A DNA stretch of 51,828 bases, from positions 1 through 51,828 of the forward strand of contig JACQPP010000090.1 in the NCBI GenBank assembly GCA_016207465.1. The letters run 5' to 3'. Source of the stretch: Methanobacteriota archaeon (lineage in GTDB: Archaea; Halobacteriota; Syntropharchaeia; JACQPP01). A model generated the notes under the pieces. The model did no database searches, was not told the origin of the DNA, and worked only from the letters and a program-made list of their open reading frames with translations. This document shows positions 42,668 to 51,828 of the stretch, piece after piece. The position numbers were made by a program, and so were the translations under genes. Within the stretch, counting starts at the first letter, position 1. Every line of letters begins with the position of its first letter.

Positions 42668-44497
42668 TTGGGGGCTGAATGGTCTGCGATGGCGGGGTGG
42701 GTCTCGGAGGTCCGGGAACTGCTGCAGGAAACCCAGGGGCGCCTCGACCGGCTGGCGGGCCATCTGGGGGAGATTGAGGAGGGGGCCAGCCGCAAGGTGG
42801 ACTTGAGCCGCACCCGGCAGATGCTCGCGGAGCGCATCCGGGAGGTCCGGGGCCTGGAGGAGGAGTTGGGGGGGCTGCGGGTGGAAGACCTGGAGTCGGC
42901 CCTCCGCTCCCGGGACCTCCTGCTGGAGGCCGACCTTCGCCGGGCCGTCGCCTTCCTCGACTCCTGGGCGCGCACCCTGGGGACCCCCGAGGCCGTCCAG
43001 CAGGTGGCCCGGAGGGCCGCGGAGGCGGTCCGCGTCCCCCTGCAGGCGTGGCTGGAGGAGGAGGCCCGCGTGCTCCGGGCGTCGGTGGAGTCGGCGGTCG
43101 CCGCCCGCTCCGGGGACTCCATCCGCATCTCGGCGGAGGTCCGGGCCATCCGGGGCCTCCTCGATGGGCTCCGCGAGCACACCGCCCCCGTGGAGGAGCG
43201 CATGGACCGCCTCGAAGCCACCCTCCAGCAGGGCGTCGAGACCTCCCTGGCCCGCGCCGGGGAGGCATCCCTTCAGGCCCGGGGGGCCGCCACCGCGGCA
43301 GGCCAGGCCACCGCCCGCGCCGCCCAGGCCGAGGCCCTCATGCAGTCCATCCTCTCCAGTCTCCCCTCCGCCGAGGAGGTGAAGGTCCGGCTGGAGGGAC
43401 AGGCCGCTTCCCTGGAGCGGCTCTCCGCCGAGGCCCGGAGCCTCTCCGAGCGCCTGCAGCGGCTCCCCGAGGCCCTCCGCCTCGACGTGGAGACCGCCGC
43501 CTCCGCGGCCCTCGGCTCCCGCTCCCGGAGCCTGGAGGGACGGCTGGAGGGCGTCGAGTCCCTCCAGGGCCGCCTCCAGGCCGACGTGGCAGCCCTCCGG
43601 GGGTCGCTGGAGGAGACCGACACCGCCCTCCGCCGCGAGACCGCCGGGCTCCCTGCCCGGGTGGAGGTCGCCCTGCACCAGGCCAGCCAGGCCACGGAGG
43701 GCATCGAGGGCCTCCGGGGCCAGGTGGAGGGTCTCGCCCGGCGGCTCCAGGAGGAGGGGGACCGGGCCCGCTCCGAGGCCTCCCGCCTCCAGGCTGAATT
43801 CTCCCGTTCCCTCCAGGCGGCGGTGGAGCCCGTCTCCCGGGCCCTCCAGCGGGCGGAGGCCGCGGCCGGCGAGGCGCGGCAGCTGGGGGAGCGAATCGCG
43901 GGCCTCGACCGGAGGATGCAGCACGTTGACAGCGACATCCAGGGGAGCCGGGAGGAGGAGCAGAAGGCCCGGGAGTCCCTGGTCCGGGTCCTCCTGCGCC
44001 ACGAGCAGGCACTCGACGAGCTCCCCGCCCGCTTTCCCCTGTGGGAGGAGTTCGAGGCCAATCTCCAGGCCCTTGAGCAGAAGGTGTCCCGGCCTCCCCC
44101 GGAGCCCTCCCCGCCTCTGGAGGCGAAGATGGAGGCCGTGGCCGCCGAGGTGCGGGGCCAGGTGGCCGCCCTGGTCCAGCGGCTGGAGGCCCTGGAGACC
44201 CGCCCGCCCCCACCGGGACCTGGACATGCCCCGGTTCCCGATGTTGCCATTGTCCCCGTGGATGCGGCCAGCCATGATGGCGCGGCTCCGCCTCCCCGGG
44301 ACCCCTTGCCGGTGTCGCTGGTGGACCGGAGGGGCCGCCGGGGGGCGCTGCTCACGGCCATCGCCGTGCTCGACCGGGACTACCGGCAGGGCCATCTGAA
44401 GCCCGAGGAGTTCGAGGCCTCCCTGCGGGCCATGCGGGCCGCCCGCCGGTCCCCGCCGGAGCCGGAGAACCCGGACCCCCCGCGACAAGACGGGTGA
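42668..44497 (+). CDS. Long coiled-coil protein with a Pro-rich linker and a SHOCT-like C-terminal motif
   Basis: 609-aa ORF, with about 480 aa of A/E/L/R-rich helical repeats. It ends ...ALLTAIAVLDRDYRQGHLKPEEFEASLRAMRAA. The start may be the ATG at 42689. Confidence 0.6.
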   Translation: MGAEWSAMAGWVSEVRELLQETQGRLDRLAGHLGEIEEGASRKVDLSRTRQMLAERIREVRGLEEELGGLRVEDLESALRSRDLLLEADLRRAVAFLDSWARTLGTPEAVQQVARRAAEAVRVPLQAWLEEEARVLRASVESAVAARSGDSIRISAEVRAIRGLLDGLREHTAPVEERMDRLEATLQQGVETSLARAGEASLQARGAATAAGQATARAAQAEALMQSILSSLPSAEEVKVRLEGQAASLERLSAEARSLSERLQRLPEALRLDVETAASAALGSRSRSLEGRLEGVESLQGRLQADVAALRGSLEETDTALRRETAGLPARVEVALHQASQATEGIEGLRGQVEGLARRLQEEGDRARSEASRLQAEFSRSLQAAVEPVSRALQRAEAAAGEARQLGERIAGLDRRMQHVDSDIQGSREEEQKARESLVRVLLRHEQALDELPARFPLWEEFEANLQALEQKVSRPPPEPSPPLEAKMEAVAAEVRGQVAALVQRLEALETRPPPPGPGHAPVPDVAIVPVDAASHDGAAPPPRDPLPVSLVDRRGRRGALLTAIAVLDRDYRQGHLKPEEFEASLRAMRAARRSPPEPENPDPPRQDG

Positions 44498-44516
44498 AAC
44501 CACGGAACCGGCGGGT

Positions 44517-45287
44517 TCAGAGTTGGTATTTCATGAGCCAGTCGCCGCCGTCCACGGTGAGGACCTCGCCGGTGATGTAGTCGGCCTCGTCGGAGACGAG
44601 GAAGGCGACGGCCAGGGCGATGTCCTCCGGTGTGCCCCACCTCTGGAGGGGGACGCGGTCGCGGATGCGCTCGTAGGCCCCGGGGATGGAGAAGAACCGC
44701 TCCTTCGAGCCCTCCGTGATGATGGCGCCGGGGGCCACGGCGTTGACGCGGACCTTGAAGCGGGCCCATTCCACGGCGAGGCTCTTGGTGAGGGCGATGG
44801 CGGCGGCCTTGGAGGTGACGGTGTGGCACATGCCGGGGGCCCCGGTCCACGCCAGGGGGGTCACGTTGTTGACGATGGAGCCAGACTTCTGCTTGAGCAT
44901 CCGCCGGGCGGCGGCCTGGGAGCAGTAGAAGGTCCCGTGGAGGTTGATGCCCATCACCGCGTTCCAGGCGTTCTCCGAGAGCTGGAGGGCCGGGCAGGCG
45001 AAGTTGGCCCCCGCGTTGTTGAAGAGGATGTCCACGCGGCCGAAGCGCTCCACCGCGGCCTGGACCATGCGCTCCGCCTGCTCGGGGACCCGGATGTCCG
45101 TGGGGACCACCTGCCCTTCCCCCCCGAGACCCTGGACCTCCTGGAGGGTGGCCTGGAGGGGCTCGGCCTTCCGCCCCGAGAGGGTGAGGCGGGCCCCCCG
45201 GCGGGCGAACTCCAGGGCGGTGGCCTTCCCGATGCCGGTCCCCGCCCCGGTGACGATGGCCGACCGGCCCTCCAGCGGCCGGCTCAT
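44517..45287 (-). CDS. Short-chain dehydrogenase/reductase, 2,4-dienoyl-CoA-reductase-like
   Basis: In-frame Met (MSRPLEGRSAIVTGAGTGIGKA) of ORF 44517..45788, with NNAG and VNAVAPGAI. It is a paralogue of the next gene. Confidence 0.85.
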   Translation of the reverse strand: MSRPLEGRSAIVTGAGTGIGKATALEFARRGARLTLSGRKAEPLQATLQEVQGLGGEGQVVPTDIRVPEQAERMVQAAVERFGRVDILFNNAGANFACPALQLSENAWNAVMGINLHGTFYCSQAAARRMLKQKSGSIVNNVTPLAWTGAPGMCHTVTSKAAAIALTKSLAVEWARFKVRVNAVAPGAIITEGSKERFFSIPGAYERIRDRVPLQRWGTPEDIALAVAFLVSDEADYITGEVLTVDGGDWLMKYQL

Positions 45288-46177
45288 GGCCGGTTCCCCC
45301 CGGTCTTCTTCTTCGGCGCGGGGAGAACGGAGAACATCTCCATGATCCCCTGGCCCAGCCAGGAGCCGCCGTCCACGGTGATGACATCCCCGTTGATGTA
45401 GTCCCCCCAGTCGCTCACCAGCAGGCCCACGATGTTGGCGATCTCCATGGGGTCCCCGAACCGCTTGACGGGCACGTGGTCCCGGAGGCGCCGCTGGACC
45501 TCCGGATTGGGGAAGAGGTTCTGCATGGCCCCCTCGGTGAAGATGGGACCCGGGGCCACGGCGTTCACCCGGATGTTGTGGGGGGACCACTCCACCGCCA
45601 GGGTCTTGGTCATGGCGATGACTCCCGCCTTGGCGGAGGCATTGTGGCTGGTCCCCGGCCCCCCGGTCCACGCCATGGTGGAGACGATGTTCACGATGCG
45701 CCCGTACTTCTGCCGGACCATCTCCCGGCCCGCGGCCTGGGAGCAGAAGAAGGTCCCGTTGAGGACGATGCCGGTCACGGCGTTCCACCCGTTCACCGAC
45801 AGTTGCATGGCGGGGGAGACGAAGTTCCCCGAGGCATTGTTCACCAGGATGTCCACCCTCCCGAACCTCTCCTTGGCGGCCGCGACCATCCTCTGGACCT
45901 CGGCCATCACCCGGACATCCGTGGGGACCGCCAGGGCCCCCGCCCCCCGGGCCTCCAGCTCCTTCACCACCGGCTCCAGGTGCTCCCTCTTGCGGCTCGC
46001 CACCACCACATTGGCCCCCAGATGGCCCAGGGTGAGGGCGATGGCCCGCCCGATGCCCGTTCCCCCCCCGGTGACAATCGCGGTCCTCCCCTTGAGGCAG
46101 CCCGCGGGGAGCATGGGCTTCAGCCCATCCGGGGGCGGAGAGGGACCCGAATCCTTGACCGGGGAGGACGTGGCCAT
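45284..46177 (-). CDS. Short-chain dehydrogenase/reductase, 2,4-dienoyl-CoA-reductase-like
   Basis: 297-aa ORF with GRTAIVTGGGTGIGRA, NNASGNF, SAKAG and VNAVAPGPI. Its stop overlaps the downstream SDR start. Confidence 0.85.
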   Translation of the reverse strand: MATSSPVKDSGPSPPPDGLKPMLPAGCLKGRTAIVTGGGTGIGRAIALTLGHLGANVVVASRKREHLEPVVKELEARGAGALAVPTDVRVMAEVQRMVAAAKERFGRVDILVNNASGNFVSPAMQLSVNGWNAVTGIVLNGTFFCSQAAGREMVRQKYGRIVNIVSTMAWTGGPGTSHNASAKAGVIAMTKTLAVEWSPHNIRVNAVAPGPIFTEGAMQNLFPNPEVQRRLRDHVPVKRFGDPMEIANIVGLLVSDWGDYINGDVITVDGGSWLGQGIMEMFSVLPAPKKKTGGNRP

Positions 46178-46259
46178 CGAGAATCCCGTGGACTCATACT
46201 GGAAGGGGGCTCAAAAAGATTCCCCACCGGCACACCATTAAGAGGAGAAGCCTCTTCAG

Positions 46260-47525
46260 ATGAAACCGGAGTCCCCCATGCCGCAGTCCCGCGCGAAGCC
46301 CCACCGGACCCCCCGGATGAAGCCCCTCAAGTCCCTCATCTCCCTGGAGGAGTGCCGCCATATCCTCCTCGACTCGGTGAAGCCCATCCAGGGGGTGGAG
46401 GAGGCGGACCTGACGGGGGCCCGGGGGCGGGTGCTCGCGGAGCCCCTCCAGGCCGGGGTGGACGTGCCCCCGTTCCGGCGCGCGGCCATGGACGGATACG
46501 CGGTGCGCGCCGGGGACACCTACGGCGCGGGAAACATGAGCCCCCGGAAACTGCGGCGCATCGAGAGCATCCACGCTGGGGAGACCCCCACCCGCCGGGT
46601 GGAGAAGGGCACATGCACACAAATCGCCACCGGGGCCCCCATGCCCGAGGGGGCCGACGCGGTGGTCATGGTAGAGGACACCGAAGCACAAGGCGAGGCC
46701 ATCCTCATCTACGACGCCATCCACCCCGGCGGGAACTCGAGCCCCGCCGGGGAGGACATCCGCCGGGGCACCACCATCCTCCCCGCGGGGGCCATGCTGG
46801 ACCCCGCCAAGGTGGGAGTGGCCGCCGCCCTCGGGGTGGCCCGCGTCAAGGTGTATCGGAGGCCCCGCGTGGCGGTCATCCCCTCCGGCAACGAGGTGGT
46901 CCCCCCGGGGGGGCCGCTGCCCGCGGGGAAAATCTACGACGTGAACACCTACACCCTCTCCACCCTCCTCGCGGAGCACGGCGCCGAGCCCCGGACCTAC
47001 CCCGTCGCCCTGGACACCCTCGCATCGGTGAAGGGGACCCTCGAAAAGGCCCTGCGCGAGTGCGACATGGTGGTCCTCAGCGGAGGCTCCAGCGTGGGGG
47101 AGAAGGACCTCATGGTGGAGGCCATCGGCGCCCTCGGCGAGGTCAAGTTCCACGGAATCGCCGTCAAGCCCGGCAAGCCCACACTGGGGGCCGTCGCCCG
47201 CGGGAAACTCATCCTCGGAATGCCCGGATACCCCACCAGCTGCCTCACCAACGGCTATGGCGTCCTCGTCCCCGTCGTCCGCCGGCTGGCCCGCCTGCCA
47301 CCCTGGGAGCCCCGCATCCAGAAGGTCCCCATGAGCCGCCGAATCACCAGCACCATCGGCCGCCACCAGTTTCTGCCCGTGCGAATCCAGAACGGCGAGG
47401 CGGTGCCGGTGTTCAAGGAGAGCGGGGCCATCACCAGCATGAGCGAGGCCGACGGATACATCGAGATACCCGCGAACGTGGATTTGGTGGAGAAGGGGGA
47501 GATGGTGGAGGTGAAGCTGTTTTAA
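46260..47525 (+). CDS. moeA: Molybdopterin molybdenum/tungsten transferase MoeA
   Basis: It has PPFRRAAMDGYAVRA, ATGAPMPEGADAVVMVE, GNEV, LSGGSSVGEKD and KPGKP. The start is more likely the ATG at 46317 (MKPLKSLISLEEC). Confidence 0.9.
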   Translation: MKPESPMPQSRAKPHRTPRMKPLKSLISLEECRHILLDSVKPIQGVEEADLTGARGRVLAEPLQAGVDVPPFRRAAMDGYAVRAGDTYGAGNMSPRKLRRIESIHAGETPTRRVEKGTCTQIATGAPMPEGADAVVMVEDTEAQGEAILIYDAIHPGGNSSPAGEDIRRGTTILPAGAMLDPAKVGVAAALGVARVKVYRRPRVAVIPSGNEVVPPGGPLPAGKIYDVNTYTLSTLLAEHGAEPRTYPVALDTLASVKGTLEKALRECDMVVLSGGSSVGEKDLMVEAIGALGEVKFHGIAVKPGKPTLGAVARGKLILGMPGYPTSCLTNGYGVLVPVVRRLARLPPWEPRIQKVPMSRRITSTIGRHQFLPVRIQNGEAVPVFKESGAITSMSEADGYIEIPANVDLVEKGEMVEVKLF

Positions 47526-47563
47526 GAAGCGAAACCTTTAAGTTTTACACCGTGTAATACGTT

Positions 47564-47773
47564 GTGATGGCGACGCTCTCTGTTCAGGTCCGCCGCGTGG
47601 GGAACTCCCTGGGGGTCCTCTTTCCCAAGCAGGTGGTGGAGGATATGAAGATTCAGGAGCGGGATGTGGTGAAGGTGGAAATCCAGAAGGAGAAGGTGAG
47701 CGGATTCGGGATGGCCCGGGGGGCGCCGCCCTACGACCGCAAGAAAATCCGAGACGACATCCGCGAATGGTAG
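47564..47773 (+). CDS. vapB: AbrB/SpoVT-type antitoxin (VapB-like)
   Basis: VQVRRVGNSLGVLFPKQVVEDMKIQERDVVKVEI. The ATG at 47567 is the likely start. Confidence 0.8.
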   Translation: MMATLSVQVRRVGNSLGVLFPKQVVEDMKIQERDVVKVEIQKEKVSGFGMARGAPPYDRKKIRDDIREW

Positions 47774-48168
47774 CCTCGTATATTGTGGATACCAGCGCGT
47801 GGATTGAGTATTTTGAGGGCACCGACGCGGGACGCCAGGTGCGGCAGGTGGTCGAAGCCCCGAATCAGATGGTTCTGGCCCCGGAGTGCGTGGTGGCCGA
47901 ACTGAAGATATGGGCCCTCTTGGCCGGGAAGGAGTTCGAGCCCTTCTATGGGGTGGTGCGCAACATCGCCATCGTCGAGCCCATCCATCTGGAGGAGTGG
48001 CTCGAAGCCGCGCAAATCCGGCAGGAGATGAGGGCGCAGAAGGACCGGAAGGACTTCGGCATCATTGATGCGCTGCTGGTGGCGAAACAGCGAAGGCATC
48101 ACGCGAGAATCGTCACAGGGGACCCTCACTTTAAGGGGTTGAAGGATGTCGTGTTCATCAAGGAGTGA
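47767..48168 (+). CDS. vapC: PIN-domain ribonuclease toxin (VapC)
   Basis: It has YIVDTSAWIEYF (first acidic residue), ...ECVVAEL..., DALLVA and IVTGDPHFK. It overlaps vapB by 7 nt. Confidence 0.85.
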   Translation: MVASYIVDTSAWIEYFEGTDAGRQVRQVVEAPNQMVLAPECVVAELKIWALLAGKEFEPFYGVVRNIAIVEPIHLEEWLEAAQIRQEMRAQKDRKDFGIIDALLVAKQRRHHARIVTGDPHFKGLKDVVFIKE

Positions 48169-48174
48169 AGAGGA

Positions 48175-49584
48175 ATGGTTCCGCCCCGCTACAGCAAACT
48201 GACCCCGGCCCTCTTGGATTCCCTCCGCTCCATCGTCGGCCTCCCCCATGTTCTCACCGACCGGGAGTCCCTGAAGCAGAATGCCACCGACGCCACCGGG
48301 GTGATTTTCCGCATGCCGGAGGCGGTGGTGCGGCCCGGCTCCGCCGGGGAGGTGGCGGGGGTCCTGCGGCTCTGCGATGAGCACAGGGTGCCCGTCACCC
48401 CCCGCGGGGGCGGGACGGGGTTGAGCGGGGGGGCGATGCCGGTCCAGGGGGGCATTGTCCTCGTCCTGGACCGGATGAACCGGATTCTCGAGATTGACCG
48501 GGAGTCCATGGCGGCCGTGGTGGAGGCGGGCGTCACCACCCAGGCCATCCAGGAGGCGGTGGAGGCGGTCGGCCTCTTCTATCCCCCGGACCTCCCCACC
48601 AGCGGGTCCTCGACCCTCGGGGGGAACATCGCCCACAACGCGGGTGGCACCCGGGCGGTGAAGTACGGGGTGACCCGCGACTGGGTCCTGGGGTGCGAGG
48701 CGGTCCTCCCGACGGGCGAGGTCATCCACTTGGGGGGGAAGCTGGTGAAGAGCAGCACGGGCTACAACTTGACCCAGCTCCTGGTGGGCTCCGAGGGGAC
48801 CTTGGCGGTGGTCACCCGGCTCGTTCTCCGCTTGCGTCCCTTCCCCGCCCACTCGTGGACCCTGGTGGCCCCCTTCGCCGACATGCACGCCGCGGCCCGG
48901 CTGGGTCCCGAGCTTTTCCGGATGGGGGTGGTCCCCCGGACCCTTGAACTCATGGAGCGCAGGGCCATCCAGGCCGTGGAGGAGAAGACCGGCGAGTCCC
49001 ATGCCTTCGGCAGCGGGGGCGCCATCGCCCTCGTCGAGGTGGACGGGACCGACCCCGGCGCCGTGGAGGCAGAGGCCCAGAAGGTGGGGGAGGCCTGTGC
49101 CCGCCTGGCCAGCGGGGATGTGATGGTCTGCGACACCCCGGCCAAGGTGCAGCGGGTCTGGAAACTCCGCGACAGCTTCGGCGAGATTCTGCGGCCCCGG
49201 GTCTCCCGCGCCCCCGACATCGTGGTCCCCCGGTCCCAGGTGCCCGAGTTTTTCCGGGCCCTCGACGAGGTGAAGGGGAAATATCCCGCCATCGAGACCA
49301 TCAGTTTCGGACACGCCGGAGATGGGAACATCCACCTGATGGTCCTCAAGGGCAGCACCGCCGAGTGGCGGGACACCGTCAACAGGGCCATCGAGGAGGT
49401 CTACCGGCGGGTGGTGGCCCTCGGGGGCACCATCAGCGCCGAGCACGGCGTGGGGGCGGTGAACCGCGAGTTCCTCAAGCTCGCCTTCACCGAGGCGGAG
49501 GTGGACCTCATGCGCCGCATCAAGATGGCCTTCGACCCCCACGGCATCCTGAACCCGGGAAAGATTTTCTCCCCGGGTGGGTGA
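48175..49584 (+). CDS. FAD-linked oxidase (GlcD / D-lactate dehydrogenase family)
   Basis: 469-aa ORF with VTPRGGGTGLSGGA, the FAD-binding PCMH-type region, and a C-terminal GTISAEHGVG...DP.GILNPGK. Confidence 0.88.
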   Translation: MVPPRYSKLTPALLDSLRSIVGLPHVLTDRESLKQNATDATGVIFRMPEAVVRPGSAGEVAGVLRLCDEHRVPVTPRGGGTGLSGGAMPVQGGIVLVLDRMNRILEIDRESMAAVVEAGVTTQAIQEAVEAVGLFYPPDLPTSGSSTLGGNIAHNAGGTRAVKYGVTRDWVLGCEAVLPTGEVIHLGGKLVKSSTGYNLTQLLVGSEGTLAVVTRLVLRLRPFPAHSWTLVAPFADMHAAARLGPELFRMGVVPRTLELMERRAIQAVEEKTGESHAFGSGGAIALVEVDGTDPGAVEAEAQKVGEACARLASGDVMVCDTPAKVQRVWKLRDSFGEILRPRVSRAPDIVVPRSQVPEFFRALDEVKGKYPAIETISFGHAGDGNIHLMVLKGSTAEWRDTVNRAIEEVYRRVVALGGTISAEHGVGAVNREFLKLAFTEAEVDLMRRIKMAFDPHGILNPGKIFSPGG

Positions 49585-49593
49585 ACTGCGCGT

Positions 49594-50307
49594 GTGAAGC
49601 CCCCCATCGAGTTCCCCGAGGAGCAGAAGGTCCTCGAAATCGCCCGGAAGACATTCCACGCCCTGGTGGGCATCGGGACGATGGTGCTCTTCGTGCTCTT
49701 CGGGCGGTTCTGGCTCGCGTTGTTCCTCTGCGGGATGCTGGCCCTGGGGGTGGCCGTGTCGGAGTGGTCCCTGCGGGGCCGCCGCATCCCGTTGTTCACG
49801 GCCCTCATGCTGCTCTTCGACCGGCCGGAGGACATCCGGCTCCGCCCGGGCTTCGGGGTCTTCACCATCCTCGGGGGCTTCCTCCTGGTGCTGGTGTTCC
49901 CGTATCTCCCCGGGGTCTCTCTGCTGGCCGCCCACGTCCCCCAGGTGTGCCGGGGGCTCTTCTTCGGGGCCATTGTCCCCTGCTCGCGGCTGGACCCGTG
50001 GGGGGTGGTGACCCTCTCGGGGATGCTGGCGGCCACATTCTCCGACACCCTCTCCACCGTCGGGGGGGTCTATTTCGGGAAACATCGGTGGCCCCACAAC
50101 CGGAGGAAGTCCCTGGAGGGCTCCCTCTTCAACCTGGCGGGGGCGGTGGGGGCGGTCTCCCTGGTGGCCCCGGTGCGGGTGGCCCTGGTGGTGGCCCTGG
50201 TGGTGATGGTAGTGGAGTCCCTCCCCCATGTGGACGACAACCTCAACATCCCTGTCGCGGGGACCGCCGCCACCGGGGCCCTCTTTGCCCTCGGCTTCGC
50301 CGGATAA
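49594..50307 (+). CDS. CTP-dependent polyprenol (dolichol/phytol) kinase or CdsA-family membrane protein
   Basis: 237-aa multi-TM ORF with GKHRWPHNRRKSLEGSLFN (the K.S.EGS family motif). Confidence 0.65.
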   Translation: MKPPIEFPEEQKVLEIARKTFHALVGIGTMVLFVLFGRFWLALFLCGMLALGVAVSEWSLRGRRIPLFTALMLLFDRPEDIRLRPGFGVFTILGGFLLVLVFPYLPGVSLLAAHVPQVCRGLFFGAIVPCSRLDPWGVVTLSGMLAATFSDTLSTVGGVYFGKHRWPHNRRKSLEGSLFNLAGAVGAVSLVAPVRVALVVALVVMVVESLPHVDDNLNIPVAGTAATGALFALGFAG

Positions 50308-50349
50308 CGGTGAACCTATAAGCGGGGGGCGGGGGATTGTTGGCAGTCC

Positions 50350-51789
50350 ATGGGCGAGCCTCTCCCCGCGGTCCCGGCGGTCTCGAAGTGGGCGATGCTG
50401 GGGATGGTGTCGGTGGGGGTATTCATGGCGACCCTGGACTCCTCCATCGTGAATGTGGCCCTGCCCACGGTGCGCACGGCCCTCTCCCCGCCGGGGGAGC
50501 CCGCGGACATCGGGCAGGCCCAGTGGGTCGTCACCGCCTATATGCTGGTGATTGCGGCCACCCTCATGCCCTTCGGCCGATTGGGGGAGCTGCGCGGCAA
50601 GGGGCGCATCTATGGCCTCGGGTTTCTCTTCTTCATCTTGGGCTCGGCCCTCTGCGGCCTCGCCCAGAGCCTCCCCATGCTGGCGGCCTTCCGGGGACTC
50701 CAGGGGGTGGGGGCCTCGATGTTGATGGCTCTGGGGCCCGCCCTCTTGGTGGGGGCCTTCCCGCCGGGGGAGATGGGGCGCGCCATGGGGCTCATCGGCA
50801 TGGTGGTGGCCGCCGGGGTCTCCGTCGGCCCCGGCCTCGGGGGCCTCCTGGTGGGCATTGACTGGCGCACCATCTTCCTCCTCAACGTCCCCCTCGGGCT
50901 CCTCGGGGCCCGGTGGGTGTGGCGGGCCATTGGGGACGTCCCCTCCGACCGGGGCCCCTTCGACACGGGGGGCGCGGTTCTCTTCGGGGGGGCCATCTCC
51001 CTCCTCGTCTTCCTCCTGGCCCCCCTCGCGGGCCGGGGCCTCGAGCTCCCCGCCCTGCTGGCCCTCCCGTGGCCCCAGGGGCCCCTGGGTCTCGCGGCGG
51101 CCCTGGCCCTCCTCGTCCTGTTCGTGCGGGTGGAGATGCGGAGGGAGAGCCCCATGGTGGACCTGGGGCTCATGAGGCACCGGGCCTTCGCCTCCGCCGG
51201 CCTGGCGAGCCTCCTCTCCTTCTTCGCCCTCTCCTCCACCGCCATCCTCATGCCCTTCTTCCTCTACGACGTGCGGGGGTTCTCCCCGACCCAGATTGGC
51301 CTGATGCTCACCGCCCTCCCCCTGGCCCTCTCGGTCCTCGCCCCCCTCGGGGGGCGGCTGGCCGACCGCGTCGGGGTGCGGGGGCCCGCCACCGCCGGCA
51401 TCCTGGTCATGGGGGGAGGTCTCCTCCTCCTCTCCGGGGTCAACGGCTCCACCCCGGTGGCCGACATCGTCGCGCGGTTCCTGGTGGTGGGGGTGGGCGT
51501 GGGGCTCTTCTCGGCCCCCAACAACAGCGCCCTCATGGGCTCCGTGCCCCGCGACCGCCTGGGGCTCGCCGGGGGGATGCTGGCCCTCGTGCGGACCCTC
51601 GGGGGCCTCCTTGGAATCGCGGCCAGCGTCTCCATGTTCACCCTCCTCCGGGCCGGGGGCCTCGACTTCACCCCCGCCATGAGCCGGGTCTTCCAGGCCT
51701 TCGCCATCGCCTGCGCCGCGGGGGCCCTCTTCTCCCTCGCCCGCCCGGGGCCCCCATCCCACGCCCCGGGGTCGCCCGGGAAAGTTTGA
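50350..51789 (+). CDS. MFS transporter, DHA2/EmrB-like (14-TM type)
   Basis: 479-aa ORF with LDSSIVNVALPT, the GRLGELRGKGRIY loop and FRGLQGVGAS. Confidence 0.85.
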   Translation: MGEPLPAVPAVSKWAMLGMVSVGVFMATLDSSIVNVALPTVRTALSPPGEPADIGQAQWVVTAYMLVIAATLMPFGRLGELRGKGRIYGLGFLFFILGSALCGLAQSLPMLAAFRGLQGVGASMLMALGPALLVGAFPPGEMGRAMGLIGMVVAAGVSVGPGLGGLLVGIDWRTIFLLNVPLGLLGARWVWRAIGDVPSDRGPFDTGGAVLFGGAISLLVFLLAPLAGRGLELPALLALPWPQGPLGLAAALALLVLFVRVEMRRESPMVDLGLMRHRAFASAGLASLLSFFALSSTAILMPFFLYDVRGFSPTQIGLMLTALPLALSVLAPLGGRLADRVGVRGPATAGILVMGGGLLLLSGVNGSTPVADIVARFLVVGVGVGLFSAPNNSALMGSVPRDRLGLAGGMLALVRTLGGLLGIAASVSMFTLLRAGGLDFTPAMSRVFQAFAIACAAGALFSLARPGPPSHAPGSPGKV

Positions 51790-51828
51790 TGGTCCCCGCG
51801 CGCGAAACCAGCCCCACCCCCATGGCCC

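Noticed and set aside
42539-44503. 654-aa minus-strand ORF opposite the coiled-coil gene.
   Set aside because: It mirrors a GC-rich repetitive gene. The plus-strand frame gives a coherent heptad-like protein with a plausible start after the mtd stop, whereas the minus frame is P/G/L-rich. This is less certain than the other rejections.
47731-51762. 1343-aa minus-strand ORF, the longest in the track.
   Set aside because: It runs antisense to four well-supported plus-strand genes (VapC, GlcD-like, CdsA-family, MFS). Its translation is low-complexity G/P/E/H/R-rich with no motifs. This is a typical stop-codon-poor antisense frame of high-GC DNA.
1-51828. Searched by eye for CRISPR arrays, tRNA/rRNA genes, transposases and integrases.
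   Set aside because: I saw no regularly spaced 25-40-nt repeats, no cloverleaf-like GTTCGAATC-type T-arms in the spacers, and no DDE or tyrosine-recombinase motifs. I cannot run tRNAscan-SE, Infernal or CRISPR finders, so small RNAs may have been missed.

Overview
This is a high-GC (about two-thirds G+C by eye) archaeal chromosomal segment. I annotated it from the six-frame track plus my own reading of both strands. All family calls come from remembered motifs, and no searches were run.

Archaeal identity rests on several genes:
- a thermosome
- an ATP-dependent DNA ligase
- F420-dependent methylene-H4MPT dehydrogenase (Mtd)
- a tungsten/molybdenum aldehyde:ferredoxin oxidoreductase
- an Lhr-type helicase
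- TATA-like boxes about 24-33 nt upstream of many start codons, which implies mostly leaderless mRNAs

Core content:
- Housekeeping genes: ahcY, trmJ-like, nfo, lig, moeA, mtd.
- A dispersed fatty-acid/beta-oxidation-type gene set: acyl-CoA synthetase, membrane FeS oxidoreductase-EtfAB, acyl-CoA dehydrogenase, MaoC hydratase and two DECR-like SDRs.
- Transporters.

Accessory content:
- Three toxin-antitoxin pairs: HEPN/MNT and two VapBC.
- A cluster of two 7TM-DUF835 membrane proteins followed by an HTH_10 regulator, with a third, soluble DUF835 paralogue 3.4 kb away.
- A short SMC-like ATPase with a divergent unknown partner.
- A lower-GC islet carrying a BglII-fold nuclease.
- A DUF5131 (Gp37/Gp68 three-Cys) + TcmP two-gene cassette, the most striking item. 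Its second gene is about 45% GC. The cassette is bracketed by direct repeats that are two copies of the 3-prime end of a type I hsdS gene, and it lies next to an apparent HsdR-N::HsdS-C deletion scar.

I recognised no rRNA, tRNA, CRISPR array, transposase or integrase. Many long alternate-frame ORFs in the track are high-GC artefacts and are rejected.
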